NCBI GenBank assembly: GCA_010093815.1
Contig: ML996579.1
From: Pseudovirgaria hyperparasitica
Lineage: Eukaryota
DNA length: 64,000 nt
Reading direction: 5' to 3' (one strand)
The translations under genes and the position numbers were made by a program. The first letter of the stretch is position 1. Every line of letters starts with the position of its first letter. Below are positions 60,501 to 64,000 of this stretch, piece by piece. Under the pieces are notes generated by a model. The model worked only from the letters and a program-made list of their open reading frames with translations. It did not search any database and was not told the DNA's origin.

Positions 60501-63500
60501 AAAGGAAGAAACGACTATGCTATAGCTCCCGAGATAAATAAACTTAATATATTAGTACCCCTCTATGCCACGGGGACGGCTATCACGTAATAAGATATTA
60601 ATTAGCTTAAGAAAGGGATAGTAAGGCTAGTGGCCGAGTATCCGAGGTACCCCGTGGAAGTTAGTCCTAAAAGGGCGACTAGTATAGTACTATTCGATAG
60701 TAGCGCGTAGGTAAATAGTATTCGACTAGATACTACGAGGCGTCTTAGGCTAGCGATATCTTCGCTTCCACTATATATAAAGAACTCGAGTTTAGTTAGT
60801 ACTACTTAGTATAGTACTCTATTTATAGGAATAGTATAGTAATACCCTATCCGTATAGGTTAGATTATTACGGCTACTTTAATATTCGTATATAGTAAAC
60901 TTAATTATAACCTTATCCTAGGGGAGCTATATACTAGGCAGGCCTTACTTACGGTATAGAGGTTAGCCTCCGGGTAAGTACTCTTAATAGTCTACTCTAT
61001 ATATAGATAAGAATATATAACCTTCGAAACTAGTCCGGATAAGTATATTCTAGTCTTAGAGAAGGAGGGTAACTCCATAGCTAGAGACTAACTATATAGC
61101 GGAGTATATCGCTAGAAGCCGGAGTTAAGCCGGATTATTAGTTAAGGACTACCCTTAACTAATAGTCCGTACTAAATAGGGTCCGGTAAACCCACTAATA
61201 AAGGGGATAGGATATATTTTTATACGGATATAGAAATAAGTTATATAGAGTTGCTTTCCGAGAAAATCCGGCCTAAAAATATTACTCGGTTATCGAGAAA
61301 AGATAACTTAGCCGCCCTAGTTACGGCGGCGAGGTACGCTACCTTCATATATAAATAAGGCACGATAATAGAACGGCTTATAGTAGGCTCTACCGGCCTC
61401 TAAAGACGGTATTCTTCTAGGGTATTAAAGGGATTTAGTATGGCCACTATATATAAAAGAAAGGGAGTTAAAGTATACCCTATAGATGACTCCGAAGCCT
61501 ATTAAAAGGTCCCTAGGAATCTATTAGGGTATCTAGACTAGCGTAAACGAGTAATCGCACGGTAGGCACTTCTTCCGGCCGTCTACCTAGGCCTTAACGC
61601 GCTTAATAGACTAATAGAGCCTCGAAGGGTAACTATCCCGCTAGGAATATATCTAACGCCTCTACGTATAAGTTAGCTAAAGATTAGAATAGAGCTACGT
61701 CCCGCGGAACTTAAGTTACTATATATAATCTTATTATATCGCGAGGAAGCACTAGTATAGGAATTCTTATACCTTAGTAAATTTAACGAAGAGGTGGTAC
61801 CTCCGTAGGAGATCCGAACGGTAGAACATAAGATATAGTAGGCTAAGAACTTTAATATTCCTAGAGCCCTTTATAGGAAGGTACTTACGATCCTAAAAGA
61901 GTGTCTTAATAGCGGAAGGCTCGAGCCCTATAGTAGTCCTTATTAAAACGCCTATTTTCTTATGGAAAAGAAGAAGGAAGCTAATAAGGAACGAGATTAT
62001 AGGTTAATTAATTCGGCGATAGAAATTAACTAAGTTACCATTTATAATGCGGCTACGCCGCCCTCGTGTAAAGAATTCTCGGAGTACTTTACGGGGATGG
62101 CCGTCTTAACGTTTACCGACTTCTTCTTAGAATATAATTAGATTCCATTAGTAGAGTATTACCGAGACTTAACGGGGTTTATAACGCCCCTAGGATTACT
62201 ACGCGGGATAATATTACCTTAAGGGGCTACTAATTTAGTAGCTTAGTTCGTTAGGATCATATTAACTATTATATAAGAACATATCCCGGAGAGGGCTCTA
62301 CTATTCCTAGATAACTTAGGTATTAAAGGATCTACGACGAAATATAACTCTAAGGAGGCCCTGCCTAGAATTCGTAGATATATCCTGGAATATTTAATTA
62401 ACGTGGATAAGGTTCTCGCGGATATAGAGCGCGCTAGATGCGCCCTAAGTAGCAAGAAGACTTAGTAGTATATTAAAGCCGCTAACGTTATAGGATACGT
62501 CTACGGCATTAAAGGGAGGCGACCGAGTAATAAAAAGGTTACTACTATTAGGGACTAGAAACCCTATAAAAACACGACGAATATACGAGCCTTCCTTAGC
62601 GTTTATATATATTTCCGGATATAGATCCCCGGGTACGCTATTATCGCATCGCCGCTATTTATACTATTAAAGAATAAATCGGCCTAGTAGTAGATAGCTA
62701 AGGAGTAGACCTTAATGGACGCGCTAAAGATAGCTCTAACTACTACTCCCGTACTAATAACGTTACGGTACGGGATAGATATAGAAGATATAATCCTAGT
62801 AGTAGACTCTAGTAACGTTAGGTGAGGGGCTATATTAATATAGGAGAACGAGGATTATAAACGTTAGCCATCGCGGTATAATAGAGGAATATAGTTAAAA
62901 GCTAAGAGAAACTACGACACCGTGAAACTAGAGTACTAAGCCCTCCTCCACGCGTTATAGAAGTTCCGGTAATACCTCTATGGCACGTACTTTATTATAG
63001 AAATAGACGCGAATACTCTAGTCGCTTAAATTAACCGCACCGTAACTAACTTACTAGGGGCGCTTATTACTAGGTGGCTCGCGTGGATTTAGCTATAGAA
63101 CTTTATAGTTAGGCACGTACCTAGAAAGCGTAACGTAGTCGCCGATAGCATCTTACGGATATATAAAGGAGAAGAACTACCAGACGTCTCTACCTTTAAC
63201 CTAGACGAGTTCGTGGATATGGCTCTATATATAGACGTGCTAGAGATATTATTAATCAAGCCTATTAGCGGGAGAGATTACACGATAGGGATACTTAACT
63301 ATACCGCCATTAAGTCTCCCTTAATAGATAAATATAGTAATAAATAGTAGAGGATTACGAAGTACCTTACTACACTTAAGAGGCTAACTAATCTAACCGA
63401 CCGAGCGTATGAGGCCTTTATAACTAACTACCTAAAGTTCCTCGTGTGTAACCGAATACTCTAGTGGAGAGAAGATAGGTATCGCTAATATACACGAGTA

Positions 63501-64000
63501 ATTAAGGATCCGAATACTAGGGCGTGTATAATTACTACCACTCACGACGAGATAGATCATAGAGGTAGCGAAGGGACCCTTAGAAGGATTAAGGATACGT
63601 ATTAGTAGGTAGGTATGCGTAGAGACGTGCGATAGCACGTGAAAACCTATAATAAATATTAACGATGAAGTAAGCTCCTTAGAGGTCTTAATAAAGGGCT
63701 CTACCACGTTATAACGTCTATTCTTTAGTAAAGAATACACTTAGACATAATAATACTACCACCTTCTATAGGGTATAGTAAAGTAGTATCTATATAAGAA
63801 TAGCTAAGCGGATAGACTAAGGCGGAGGCATGTACGGCGGCTACGGCCATAGTCGTCGTAAAGTTCCTCTTTAAGAACGTGATCTATAGATACGGAATCA
63901 TTCCTAAAATCACCTATAACGGTGGTAGAGAAAATATAGGTGCCATAGAGGAGCTTCTCTAACTCTATAGAATTTATTAGAAGGTTATATCTACGTATAA
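57546..64000 (+). mobile_element. Element A copy 2 (5' LTR 57546-57918, PBS, gag, PR, RT, RH, start of IN); runs off the window
   Basis: Reverse complement of ~40808-47261 with mostly transition differences. RT GATN[S]VA[Q]F ~62223 and FLD[D] 62304. Confidence 0.95.

Noticed and set aside
41104..63740. Short track ORFs in the AT-rich block (e.g. 41104, 47080, 49024, 50963, 55866, 58075, 62243, 63432)
   Set aside because: Antisense or chance frames over RIPed pol and LTR sequence.

Overview
Filamentous-ascomycete (Pezizomycotina-type) nuclear DNA in two compartments. Bases ~1-33.9 kb are gene-rich with spliceosomal introns: a secreted choice-of-anchor-B-like protein, SPE2 with a long structured leader, an F-box-like orphan, a UPC2-like Zn2Cys6 factor with a stop inside its zinc cluster, CYK3, an amidase, a head-to-head pair of diverged paralogous orphans in RIP-scarred DNA, an Acm1-like APC/C inhibitor and a broken PEBP gene. 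Bases ~33.9-64 kb are an AT-rich, RIP-mutated nest of three Ty3/Gypsy families. An old chromovirus X (minus strand) is interrupted by a complete 11.4 kb element A1 (35824-47261, minus), a complete 8.0 kb chromovirus Y (47920-55943, plus) and a second copy A2 (57546 to window end, plus). The main surprise is that all three families carry extra genes between pol and the 3' LTR. A carries a sense, intronless ~975-codon ORF with a 2-oxoglutarate/Fe(II) dioxygenase-like domain. Y and X carry apparently homologous antisense, multi-intron Cys-rich/coiled-coil genes. All TE proteins were read by hand through RIP damage and no database search was run.
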